NCBI GenBank assembly: GCA_015061545.1
Contig: SUWJ01000011.1
Coordinates: forward strand, 2,035 to 66,034
DNA: 64,000 nt
Direction: 5' to 3'
Source: Lentisphaerota bacterium
Lineage (GTDB): Bacteria; Verrucomicrobiota; Lentisphaeria; Victivallales; Victivallaceae
Part shown: positions 16,545 through 25,194 of the stretch, piece after piece
How the letters are laid out: every line of letters starts with the position of its first letter
Numbering within the stretch: the stretch's first letter is position 1
Translations under genes and position numbers: made by a program
The notes under the pieces: generated by a model
What the model saw: only the letters and a program-made list of their open reading frames with translations
What the model was told of the DNA's origin: nothing
The model's database searches: none

Positions 16545-18536
16545 TCAGTCCAGTTTAATAACCGATACTTCGGATAAAGTTTTGATCGCAAATTTGCCCG
16601 TCGCGATTTTTTCCAACTCCTGACCGTTCCAGAGATCGACCGCGCGGGTGAATTTTTCAGGCACTTCCAGCACCAGATCGTGCAGTACGGCGCTGCGGTC
16701 GATGGGGCGGGTGGCGGAGGTGTAGTTGGTCAGATGCACCAGCACGCACTTTTCAGCACTTTCGCGGACTGTCATGGCAACCCCGGTCGTGGCATTGTGC
16801 AGCACAAAATCATTGCCGCTGTAAGTGCGGATGAGTTTACCCATAAATTCGCGCCATGCAACGTTGGTGAAATCAAAGTAATGCTCAAAAGCCGCGCCGC
16901 TTATATAACAGATCGTTCCCTGTCCGTAACGTTTTTTTACCGCGTAGGGTACGCTGGGATCCTGCGGCTTCATTTCGTAGCAGCCGCGCATGGGCGGATT
17001 GGCCAGACCGAAGATATCATCGGCTTCTTTTACCGAAATTCCGGCACTCCAGCGGGGCGCAGGAATCCACTTGTGCGTGTTGTCTGCGTCGTAGAATTCC
17101 GGGAAGGCGCAATAGTTGAAAAGGCTGTGATCAAGGTATTGGCCGGTAAAGGAAAATCCGGCGGCAGCTGCAAATGCACCCTGTTCGCGTTTGCAGCCGT
17201 TTTCATCGAACATTCCGAATTCAAAATCGGCAATCAAAGTTCCGCCGTCTGCAACAAATTCAAGCAGCGCCTGAGCCGTTTTGTCGCTGACCATGGCAAG
17301 ATTGGGTGCCAGTACGACCTTATAGCGTTTGAGATCCTGAAGATTGAGTTCGCATACTGCATCGTAAGGCATATTCAAATGATTGCAAAGTCCGAACGCT
17401 CCCTGAACGGCCATGCGGTAGTCTCCGAGAAAATCGCGCGTGTCGCCGCCTTCGCCGTAGAGGTCGGATTCTTCAGAACTCTGGTGATAATTGGCGGCTG
17501 TATCGTAGCTGTAAAATACAGCTGTATCAGCCAGACTGCGGGTATTCTGATAGAGTTCATCGTATTTTTTATCGAACTGTACCAGCCGTTTGGCCATGGC
17601 TCCGGTATTGCTCAGCAGATTGTCAGGATTGCAATGGATTCCGTACCAGATGCTGGCACCGTTACCGAGTGCCGACATATAGCAAAGCGCAGTTTCCGCT
17701 GGAGTGTGCAGGAACCAGCCCCACGATTTATGGTCACCGGCAAAGAAGATCACGGTAGGCTTATCTCCGGCCACAGCTTCGGCCAGTTTTGCCGAGCTGG
17801 CGCAATGCCAGATATCATGTTTTTTAGGCTGGATGTAGTAGAAAAATCCGCCCTCGGTACCGACTATATCGTCACTGGCCAGCTGGCGGGCAAAGTTTCT
17901 GCTGTCGGCACGGCCCACAAACAAGCCTTCGTTGAAATACATGAGCCATTCGGGATTGACCGATTTGACCTTTTTATACAGCGCATCTTTGAAGGCAAGA
18001 ACCGTTTCGTAGGTGAATTCATCCAACTCCTGCGGGGTGGCTTCGGACTGCTTTTTGCCGTAAAGTTTTTCAAACTTTTCCTGACAGCGCGGGCAGTAGC
18101 AGTTGTGATAAGGCGGGCCATCAAAGAAAAATCCGTAGATATCGAATTTTTTCAGCGATTCCACACAATCAAAAAAGTAATCGACCCAGCTGGAATTGAG
18201 GCAGCACGCCGGATAAGTTCCGTAGGAAAGGGGATAATTGCCATCGGCATCGCGCACTCCCCACTCCTCTTTGTGATGCGCGATCGACGGGCCGAGAATG
18301 TGGCAGTTCATATAAACAATAGTGCCCATATCGGCAGCGGCAGAGTTTTTCATATATTCTTCCAGCAGCTTGCCGTGGACATTTTCTTCGTAAACGGCGC
18401 TGTACATATCGGCGTGAGTATGCAGCAGCTGTTCGGTGTTGAATCCGAAATCCTGCCAGAATTCCGGCATGGCGAGCGTCTGTTCAGGGGTTTGAAAGTT
18501 GCACTGCAATGCGGCAATACGGAGATGCTTTTTCAT
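16545..18536 (-). CDS. GH42/GHL6-like glycoside-hydrolase-fold protein (TIM barrel plus trimerisation/GATase-like domain), cytoplasmic
   Basis: Begins MKKHLRIAALQCNF. Contains FFFDGPPYHNCYCPRCQEKF (a CxCxxC cluster as in GH42 Zn sites) and YKVVLAPNLAMVSDKTAQALLEFVADGGTLIADFEFG (GH42-M-like). ATG 18536 is preceded by AAAGG. Confidence 0.65.
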   Translation of the reverse strand: MKKHLRIAALQCNFQTPEQTLAMPEFWQDFGFNTEQLLHTHADMYSAVYEENVHGKLLEEYMKNSAAADMGTIVYMNCHILGPSIAHHKEEWGVRDADGNYPLSYGTYPACCLNSSWVDYFFDCVESLKKFDIYGFFFDGPPYHNCYCPRCQEKFEKLYGKKQSEATPQELDEFTYETVLAFKDALYKKVKSVNPEWLMYFNEGLFVGRADSRNFARQLASDDIVGTEGGFFYYIQPKKHDIWHCASSAKLAEAVAGDKPTVIFFAGDHKSWGWFLHTPAETALCYMSALGNGASIWYGIHCNPDNLLSNTGAMAKRLVQFDKKYDELYQNTRSLADTAVFYSYDTAANYHQSSEESDLYGEGGDTRDFLGDYRMAVQGAFGLCNHLNMPYDAVCELNLQDLKRYKVVLAPNLAMVSDKTAQALLEFVADGGTLIADFEFGMFDENGCKREQGAFAAAAGFSFTGQYLDHSLFNYCAFPEFYDADNTHKWIPAPRWSAGISVKEADDIFGLANPPMRGCYEMKPQDPSVPYAVKKRYGQGTICYISGAAFEHYFDFTNVAWREFMGKLIRTYSGNDFVLHNATTGVAMTVRESAEKCVLVHLTNYTSATRPIDRSAVLHDLVLEVPEKFTRAVDLWNGQELEKIATGKFAIKTLSEVSVIKLD

Positions 18537-18710
18537 AAAGATACCTTTGTTATACATTAAAATTTATCACTAAAATTACAGTTCTCCGGTTTAATAATAC
18601 ATCAGGAACGTTTTTTTGCAAACAGTAAAAAAGGTTATTGGATGGATTTTTTGCAATAAACTGCCGCCTGAAGATGAAGTTGTCCTTTACGGTCAATGCG
18701 GGTACAAGTC

Positions 18711-18754
18711 GGGGAAGAGAAAAAGCTCCTGAAAAAGTTCATTTTCTCTTCCCC
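18711..18754 (-). terminator. strong hairpin downstream of the acyl-CoA synthetase gene (no clear U-tract)
   Basis: GGGGAAGAGAAAA / TTTTCTCTTCCCC, a 13-bp stem with a ~17-nt loop. It sits 26 nt after the stop at 18780 and has no flanking T-run on either strand. Confidence 0.35.
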
Positions 18755-18779
18755 GGTAACGTTGCAAATTCAGCAGAAT

Positions 18780-20417
18780 TTACTTGATTTCATTTTGCTG
18801 CGCCACCAGCAAATCGGCTCCGTACATCTGGCGCAGTTTGGGCTTTTCGATCTTACCGGTGGGATTGCGCGGCACTTCGGCAAAAATAATCTTCCGCGGC
18901 CGCTGATAACGGGGCAGATCAAGGCAGAAATCATTGACTTCCGCTTCGGTCAGCGTCATATCGGGTTTGACTTCGATGATCGCGGCGGCGATTTCCCCCA
19001 GCCGCGGTTCAGGCAGACCGATCACCGCCACGTCTTTGATCGCATTATGACGGCGCAGAAAGTCTTCGATCTGCACCGGATAGAGGTTCTCGCCGCCGGT
19101 AATGATTACATCTTTTTTGCGGTCAACAAGATAGATGAATCCATCGGCATCTTCCTTTGCCATGTCGCCGGTGTAAAGCCAGCCGTCAGGCGAAAGGACT
19201 TCGCGGGTGGCTTTTTCATCCTTGTAATAACAGTTCATTACGCCTGCGCCTTTTACGGCAAGTTCTCCGACTTCGCCGGGTTTGACCGCCTTGCGTTCGG
19301 TATCCACGATCATCGTCTGCCAGTTGTAACCGGCTTTGCCGATGGCACCCACATGATCGATATTTTCCATGCCCAGATGCACCGCACCGGGCCCGATGGA
19401 TTCGCTCAAGCCGTAGTTGGTATCGTAAGCGTGATCGGGGAAGGTCTTTTTCCAGCGCTTGATAAGGCTGGGCGGAACCGGCTGGGCACCGATGTGCATA
19501 AGCCGCCATTGGGAAAGATTGTACTCTTCCAGTCGGATATCGCCGCGGTCGATCGCATCCAGAATATCCTGCGCCCACGGCACCAGCAGCCAGACTACGG
19601 TACATTGTTCTTCGGATACGGCGCGGATGATCCATTCGGGCTTGATCCCCTTCAGCAGCACCGCTTTGCCGCCGGAAAGAAAACTGCCGAACCAGTGCAT
19701 TTTTGCCCCCGTATGATACAGCGGCGGAATACAAAGGAAGGTATCTTCTCTGGTCTGCAAATGGTGTTTCTGCTCCACAATACACGCGTGCATCAAACTG
19801 CGGTGGGCGTGAACGATCGCTTTGGGGAACCCGGTCGTTCCGCTGGAAAAATAGATGGCCGCTTCGTCATCTTCCGTCAGGTGGATGGCAGGCACTTTGC
19901 TTGAACAGTAAGATGCCAGCGTGTAGGGTTCGGCAAAAGTCGGGCAGTCCTCGCCTGTATAAAGCAGCGTTTTAACCCGCGGGATACGGTCGCAGATCGC
20001 TTCGATCCGTCCTGTAAATGCAGGACCGAAGATCAGGCAGTCCACATCTGCCAGTTCCAGACAGTATTTGATTTCGTCAGAACTGTAGCGGAAGTTCAGC
20101 GGCACTGCCATTGCTCCGCTTTTGAGGATCCCGAAATAGATCGGCAGCCACTCCAGACAGTTCATCAGCAATATTGCCACTTTACTGCCCTTGCCAAGAT
20201 TGCGCGACAGCAGAAAGTTTGCCATGCGGTTGGCGCGTTTTTCAAATTCGCTCCAGCTCATTTCGCTGCGGAACGAATCCTGCGGACTGGCTTCGATCAG
20301 CGAATATTCCCGCCAGGTGGTGTGGCGTTTTTCCAGTTCCTGCGGGTTGATTTCCACCAATGCGGTGTCGTTGCCGTAAAGTTTGGCATTGCGTTCCAGA
20401 ATTTCTGTAATGACCAT
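18780..20417 (-). CDS. AMP-dependent acyl-CoA synthetase/ligase (class I adenylate-forming enzyme)
   Basis: MVITEILERNAKLYGNDTALVE..., IYFSSGTTGFPKA (AMP-binding), YTGDMAKEDADGFIYLVDRKKD and PRNPTGKIEK. The track's 41-codon N-terminal extension was rejected. Confidence 0.88.
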   Translation of the reverse strand: MVITEILERNAKLYGNDTALVEINPQELEKRHTTWREYSLIEASPQDSFRSEMSWSEFEKRANRMANFLLSRNLGKGSKVAILLMNCLEWLPIYFGILKSGAMAVPLNFRYSSDEIKYCLELADVDCLIFGPAFTGRIEAICDRIPRVKTLLYTGEDCPTFAEPYTLASYCSSKVPAIHLTEDDEAAIYFSSGTTGFPKAIVHAHRSLMHACIVEQKHHLQTREDTFLCIPPLYHTGAKMHWFGSFLSGGKAVLLKGIKPEWIIRAVSEEQCTVVWLLVPWAQDILDAIDRGDIRLEEYNLSQWRLMHIGAQPVPPSLIKRWKKTFPDHAYDTNYGLSESIGPGAVHLGMENIDHVGAIGKAGYNWQTMIVDTERKAVKPGEVGELAVKGAGVMNCYYKDEKATREVLSPDGWLYTGDMAKEDADGFIYLVDRKKDVIITGGENLYPVQIEDFLRRHNAIKDVAVIGLPEPRLGEIAAAIIEVKPDMTLTEAEVNDFCLDLPRYQRPRKIIFAEVPRNPTGKIEKPKLRQMYGADLLVAQQNEIK

Positions 20418-20534
20418 AATAGTATAGTATCCTGTTGATTGGGAATCCGAAAATCGTATTAATATACAACAGTTATGCGTGATTGCAACAAAAAAACTGT
20501 CACTTGGGTAAAAAATAAAAAAAATGGTTTGCAT

Positions 20535-20562
20535 TTGCATTTTCTTTCCGTTGTGTTATATT
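20535..20562 (+). promoter_or_regulatory. sigma70-like promoter candidate with extended -10 (TTGCAT-16-TGtTATATT)
   Basis: TTGCAT at 20535-20540 and TATATT at 20557-20562, preceded by TGT. It lies 40 nt upstream of the GGAGGA-ATG of the next gene. Confidence 0.5.
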
Positions 20563-20601
20563 TAGTCCGGAGAACGGGGTTATATACATTGGAGGATATT
20601 G

Positions 20602-21840
20602 ATGTTTTGCAGATATTTCTGGTGTTTAGTTTGTTTTTTGGCGTTGCTGCCGCTCAGCGGCGGAGAGTTTGCAACGATTATGAATAAAGAAAAAAATGTC
20701 GAGGAAGGCTACACTTACTCCAGCAAGTATATTCAGGCGGCTTTTCTGAATGCAGCATTGCACAGCGCAAGAATCACCGCCGGTGATTTCAGGATCATGC
20801 CGCGCAGCGATTCGGACAATCGGCATACGCTGGATGAAAAGGAAGCCAAGGTACGTTTGTTCTGCAAGCCGGATGTCCGGGCAAGGACTGCGGTCAAGCG
20901 CTCCTCCAGGATCCATGCTGACGAGCCGTGGAAGATCACCAAGCTCAAAGATGGACTCCACTATACGCGCAGCTATCAGAAGGAGTCCCACAAATTGTCT
21001 GCCAATATCAAGGTGCGGATGCCCGAAGATAAATCCCATATACTTTTTGAGGCGGAAATCAGGAATACGGGCGACCGTATCTGCAAGGCGGAGTTCTCCT
21101 GTGAATTTTCCTTCTTCCGTACCGAGGTCGAGCCGCTGCAGTTGACTTTGCAGCGCGAATTCATGCGTTATGTGAACGGCCAGCGTACCGTGTTTCTCTG
21201 CAACGAAAAGACTTTGCTGGACGGCAAAATTCAAACTTACTGGTGGCGGCGGGTCGTCAGAGATGCGAATTATTTTTCCAACTACTTCAACCGCGAGTGC
21301 ATACCTTTCGGGCATCAGCGTTTGAAGGCACCGCAATACTTCGGCTTTACAGGGTTGATTGGTGATGGTGCGCTGATCTGGGAACTGGATAAATCAACTA
21401 AACTTACGGAACTGGATATCAGCTGGGATGGCGAACGCTCCGATGCCACCCCCATGTGGGCGGTGGAACTGGCGCCGAAAGAAACCGTAAAAATCGCTTT
21501 CCGGGTATTGGCGGTGCGTGGTATCGGGCAGTTTGATGCCGTTGACGGCGACTGGGTGTTCGGCTACAGCGCCAACGGCGAATTGCTGAAGATATCGTCG
21601 GTGCCGATCCGTCCTTTCGATCGGCTGGGACTGAATGCCACGATCAGCGATCAACAGTCGCTGGTGCTGATAAGTCAGCGCAGCGAACTGCCCGCCATGA
21701 GTCCTTTTGCTCCGGGGCGGGTGGAAATGCGCGCCGCAGCAGCCTTTCAGCCCAATATGGGGTACCCTGCCAGATTGCAGCTCAATTCAATTTCCGACAA
21801 TAAATTGATTACCGAAGTAACGAGCAATATTGTTCCGTAA
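20602..21840 (+). CDS. secreted hypothetical protein (412 aa), no recognisable family
   Basis: GGAGGA Shine-Dalgarno 5 nt before ATG 20602. Signal-like N-terminus MFCRYFWCLVCFLALLPLSGGEF. Coding-like composition throughout, and the gene is flanked by its own promoter and terminator. Confidence 0.7.
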   Translation: MFCRYFWCLVCFLALLPLSGGEFATIMNKEKNVEEGYTYSSKYIQAAFLNAALHSARITAGDFRIMPRSDSDNRHTLDEKEAKVRLFCKPDVRARTAVKRSSRIHADEPWKITKLKDGLHYTRSYQKESHKLSANIKVRMPEDKSHILFEAEIRNTGDRICKAEFSCEFSFFRTEVEPLQLTLQREFMRYVNGQRTVFLCNEKTLLDGKIQTYWWRRVVRDANYFSNYFNRECIPFGHQRLKAPQYFGFTGLIGDGALIWELDKSTKLTELDISWDGERSDATPMWAVELAPKETVKIAFRVLAVRGIGQFDAVDGDWVFGYSANGELLKISSVPIRPFDRLGLNATISDQQSLVLISQRSELPAMSPFAPGRVEMRAAAAFQPNMGYPARLQLNSISDNKLITEVTSNIVP

Positions 21841-21859
21841 AAAAAATCAGAACTGTCCG

Positions 21860-21896
21860 GTCCGCAACAAATTCATGTTTGTTGCGGACTTTTTTT
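21860..21896 (+). terminator. intrinsic terminator
   Basis: GTCCGCAACAAA (ttcatg) TTTGTTGCGGAC, a 12-bp perfect stem followed by T7. Confidence 0.85.
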
Positions 21897-21928
21897 AAGA
21901 AAAATTGAATAAAATAAGCGTTTCAAAC

Positions 21929-21956
21929 TTGAACTGAAGCTAAAAAAGGTTATTGT
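21929..21956 (+). promoter_or_regulatory. weak promoter candidate for the rhamnose operon (TTGAAC-16-TATTGT)
   Basis: The hexamers have correct spacing. They are followed by three AATT(T)ACA repeats at 21964-21970, 21975-21981 and 21998-22005, before the AAGGAGG Shine-Dalgarno of rhaA. Confidence 0.3.
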
Positions 21957-22025
21957 ATCAAACAATTACATTTAAATTACAGATCGCAATAAGTAACAAT
22001 TTACAAATATTCCAAGGAGGTAAAT

Positions 22026-23264
22026 ATGTCTTTGTACAGCGAAGCAGAAAAAATTTATAAGGCATTGGGGGTGGATGTTGATGCAGCGTTCCGCAGAGTT
22101 GCGGATATCCCGGTTTCGATTCATTGCTGGCAGGGCGATGACGTGAAGGGTTTTGAAAATTCAGGTTCGCTTGATGGCGGTATTGCTGTTACCGGTAACT
22201 ACCCCGGTTGCGCCCGCACGCCTGAAGAACTGCGCAACGATATTGACAAAGTTCTCAGTCTGGTTCCCGGCGCCAAGCGCCTTAATGTTCACGCCATCTA
22301 TGCGGAAAGCGACGGCGGCAAGATCGAACGCAACAACATTACCGCAGCTAACTTCAAAAACTGGATGGCATGGTCCAAGGCCAACAATGTGCCGCTGGAT
22401 TTCAACCCCACTTTCTTTGCACACCCCATGGCAGCGGACGGTTTTACGCTGAGCAACGCCGACCCCGCCATCCGCAAGTACTGGGTGGAACACGGCATCG
22501 CCTGCCGTAAGATCGCAGCTGAATTCGGCAAAGCCCAGGGCGGCGCCTGTATCACCAACTTCTGGGCTCCCGACGGGTTCAAAGATACGCCCGTGGATCG
22601 TGAAGCTCCCCGCGCCCGACTCAAGCAGTCGCTGGACGAAATCTTTGCGGTGGAAGTTGATGAACAGTACGACCGTGACGCGCTGGAATGCAAACTCTTC
22701 GGGATCGGTGCCGAAAGCTGCACCATCGGTTCTCACGAATTCTATATGTCTTACGCCATGAAGAACAACAAGATGGTCTGTCTGGATGCGGGGCACTTCC
22801 ATCCCACCGAAGTTATTTCCGACAAGATCTCCAGCGTGCTGCTCTTTGCCGATGAACTGCTGCTGCACGTCAGCCGCGGTGTCCGCTGGGATAGCGACCA
22901 TGTGGTGATTTTGAATGACGAACTTTACGCCATCGCTCAGGAAATTCTGCGTCACAACTACGACAAGCGTGTACACATCGGTCTGGACTACTTCGATGCC
23001 TCGATCAACCGTATCGGTGCGTGGGCAGTCGGTGCGCGCGCTATGCAGAAGGCGCTGCTGGCGGCGGCGCTGGAACCGACTCAGCTGCTTAAGGAAGTGG
23101 AAGCTGCGGGCGATAACACCAGCCGTCTGGCGCTGCTGGAAGATTGCAAGAATCTCCCCTTCGGCGCTATGTGGCAGGCCTATTGCGAATACTGCAAAGT
23201 TCCCGGCGAAGGCTGGATCAAGCAGGTTAAAGATTACGAAAAAGAAGTTTTGAGTAAACGCTAA
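22026..23264 (+). CDS. rhaA: L-rhamnose isomerase
   Basis: Collinear with E. coli RhaA as I recall it: SIHCWQGDDVKGFEN, NYPGCARTPEELR, RLNVHAIY, CLDAGHFHPTEVISDKIS, LLLHVSRGVRWDSDHVV and GLDYFDASINRIGAW. Confidence 0.96.
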   Translation: MSLYSEAEKIYKALGVDVDAAFRRVADIPVSIHCWQGDDVKGFENSGSLDGGIAVTGNYPGCARTPEELRNDIDKVLSLVPGAKRLNVHAIYAESDGGKIERNNITAANFKNWMAWSKANNVPLDFNPTFFAHPMAADGFTLSNADPAIRKYWVEHGIACRKIAAEFGKAQGGACITNFWAPDGFKDTPVDREAPRARLKQSLDEIFAVEVDEQYDRDALECKLFGIGAESCTIGSHEFYMSYAMKNNKMVCLDAGHFHPTEVISDKISSVLLFADELLLHVSRGVRWDSDHVVILNDELYAIAQEILRHNYDKRVHIGLDYFDASINRIGAWAVGARAMQKALLAAALEPTQLLKEVEAAGDNTSRLALLEDCKNLPFGAMWQAYCEYCKVPGEGWIKQVKDYEKEVLSKR

Positions 23265-23293
23265 TCTGAAAAAAAACTACAGAGGCAGAGATT

Positions 23294-25186
23294 ATGGCAT
23301 TGAGTACGATCAAGGCTTTGTCGAATTTCTACGGAGCCAATCCGGAATTTGTTCTGGCAGGCGGCGGTAATACGTCTTGCAAAGATGAAAAATATTTGTA
23401 TGTGAAGCCCTCGGGCGTAAGTCTGGCAAAAATCACCGAAAAGGATTTTGTCAAGATGGAACGCGCAATCATCCGTGAATGTTTCAGCTGGAGTTCCTTT
23501 GCCAGCGCCGATGAGCGCGAAGCACGGGTCAAGAGCCTGATGGCTTACGCAGTAGCGCCCGGCAGCAGCGGCAGACCTTCGGTGGAAGCTCCGCTGCACG
23601 AACTGATGGATTTCAAGTTTGTGGTGCATCTGCATCCGGCGATGGTCAACGGTATGACCTGCGGGAAGAACGGCGCGGCAAAGTGTGCTGAACTTTTCCC
23701 CGAAGCGTTGTGGGTGGAGTATGTTGACCCCGGTTTTACTCTGGCAAAAGTGGTGTTTGACCGGGTGCAGGAATACAAAAAAACGGCGGGCAAAGCGCCG
23801 TCGGTGATCTTTTTGCAGAATCACGGCGTGTTTGTCGGCGGCAACAGCGACAGCGAGATCCGCAGCGCTTACGACAATATCATCAGCACGCTGGAATCTT
23901 ACTACAAATCCGTGAATGTCGATCCCGCCGCTGCTGCGGTGGAAGCTGCTGACGTGGATACGGTAATGCAGTATGCCCCCAGTCTGCGCGGCTGGCTGGC
24001 GGCGGATAAGAGCGTTGTTTCCGTGCGCAGCACCAGAGCTTTTACTCCGGCGGCAGGTCCGCTTACGCCTGACCATATCGTTTATGCCAAGAGTTTTGCG
24101 CTGAGCTGCGATGAACCTTCCGTAGAAGCGGTGGAAGCATTTGCCGCAGCTAAAGGTTATAAGCCCAAAGTGGTTTGTATTCCCGGTAAAGCGCTTTTTG
24201 CGGTCGGCAACAATGCCAACGGCGCCGCGACCACTATGGCGCTGGCTTATGATGCTGCCCGAGTGGAACGGCTGACCGCAGCGTTCGGCGGAGTCAATTA
24301 TTTGAGCGATGCCCACCGCGAATTTATTGAAAACTGGGAAGTCGAATCCTACCGCAGCAAAGTCGCCGCAGGCAGCGGCAAGGCTTTGACGGGCAAGGTG
24401 GCAATCGTTACGGGCGGAGCGCAGGGCTTCGGTTACGGTATTGCCGAAGTGCTGGCAGAATCCGGTGCCGATGTGGTGATTGCCGATATGAATGTGGACG
24501 GTGCCAACGCGGCAGCCGCCAGACTCGGAGCCGGTGCTTCGGGCGTGGCAGTCAATATTTCCGATGAAGAATCGGTGCAGAAGATGGTTGCCGAAGTGGT
24601 CATGAAATACGGCGGCGCGGATCTGTTCGTTGCCAATGCCGGGGTGCTTCGGGCAGGTTCGGTCAAGAGTCTGACCAAGAAAGATTGGGATTTTGTTACC
24701 AATATCAACTATTCCGGTTACTTCCTGTGCGTTAAACACATCGCTCCGGTAATGGCGCTGCAGAATGCTGCCAGCGGTTTGTGGTGCGATATTGTGCAGG
24801 TCAACAGCAAGTCGGGTCTGGTGGGGTCCAACCGCAACGGCGCCTATGCGGGCAGCAAGTTCGGTACTATCGGTCTTACTCAGAGTTTTGCGCTGGAACT
24901 GGTCAGCGACCGCATCAAGGTCAACAGCGTCTGCCCCGGCAACTTCTTTGACGGTCCGCTGTGGAGCGATCCGGAAAAGGGCTTGTTTGTGCAGTATCTG
25001 GCGGCGGGCAAAGTGCCGGGCGCCAAGACGGTTGCCGATGTAAAAGAGCATTACGAAAAACAGATCCCCATGCATCGGGGATGTCTGCCTTCAGATGTAG
25101 CCAAAGCGATCATTTACGCGGTGGAACAGCTTTACGAAACCGGGCAGGCAATTCCTGTTTCTGGCGGACAGGTAATGTTGAATTGA
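23294..25186 (+). CDS. bifunctional rhamnulose-1-phosphate aldolase / short-chain dehydrogenase (RhaEW/YuxG-like)
   Basis: 630 aa. N-terminal class II aldolase/adducin-like region, and a C-terminal SDR with VAIVTGGAQGFGYGIA (TGxxxGxG) and YAGSKFG (YxxxK). It is positioned between rhaA and rhaB. Confidence 0.85.
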   Translation: MALSTIKALSNFYGANPEFVLAGGGNTSCKDEKYLYVKPSGVSLAKITEKDFVKMERAIIRECFSWSSFASADEREARVKSLMAYAVAPGSSGRPSVEAPLHELMDFKFVVHLHPAMVNGMTCGKNGAAKCAELFPEALWVEYVDPGFTLAKVVFDRVQEYKKTAGKAPSVIFLQNHGVFVGGNSDSEIRSAYDNIISTLESYYKSVNVDPAAAAVEAADVDTVMQYAPSLRGWLAADKSVVSVRSTRAFTPAAGPLTPDHIVYAKSFALSCDEPSVEAVEAFAAAKGYKPKVVCIPGKALFAVGNNANGAATTMALAYDAARVERLTAAFGGVNYLSDAHREFIENWEVESYRSKVAAGSGKALTGKVAIVTGGAQGFGYGIAEVLAESGADVVIADMNVDGANAAAARLGAGASGVAVNISDEESVQKMVAEVVMKYGGADLFVANAGVLRAGSVKSLTKKDWDFVTNINYSGYFLCVKHIAPVMALQNAASGLWCDIVQVNSKSGLVGSNRNGAYAGSKFGTIGLTQSFALELVSDRIKVNSVCPGNFFDGPLWSDPEKGLFVQYLAAGKVPGAKTVADVKEHYEKQIPMHRGCLPSDVAKAIIYAVEQLYETGQAIPVSGGQVMLN

Positions 25187-25194
25187 GGTGATTC

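Noticed and set aside
16680-18560. 626-aa plus-strand ORF. The same applies to 23261-25075 (604 aa), 58054-59586 (510 aa), 39544-40923 (459 aa), 18696-19904 (402 aa), 32760-33938 (392 aa), 41781-42920 (379 aa), 28705-29820 (371 aa), 47244-48266 (340 aa), 60694-61716 (340 aa), 7515-8507 (330 aa), 62762-63637 (291 aa) and 4294-5115 (273 aa)
   Set aside because: Each lies antisense to a gene with clear family motifs. Triplet-boundary alignment with the sense gene was checked arithmetically for 16680-18560, 23261-25075 and 58054-59586 and is assumed for the rest. The translations are low-information (R/H/G/F/I-rich) with no recognisable domains.
20418-20540. 41-codon N-terminal extension of the acyl-CoA synthetase ORF. 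Similar extensions occur for murJ (10020-10091), mnmG (34545-34589), the purH-like gene (29851-29928), the O-antigen-ligase-like gene (47139-47201), the CBM glycosidase (54300-54353) and the regulator at 36232-36294
   Set aside because: The extensions encode implausible sequence (for example MQMQTIFFIFYPSDSFF...) and overlap promoter-like AT-rich DNA or the upstream gene. Internal starts give canonical family N-termini and usually have a Shine-Dalgarno.
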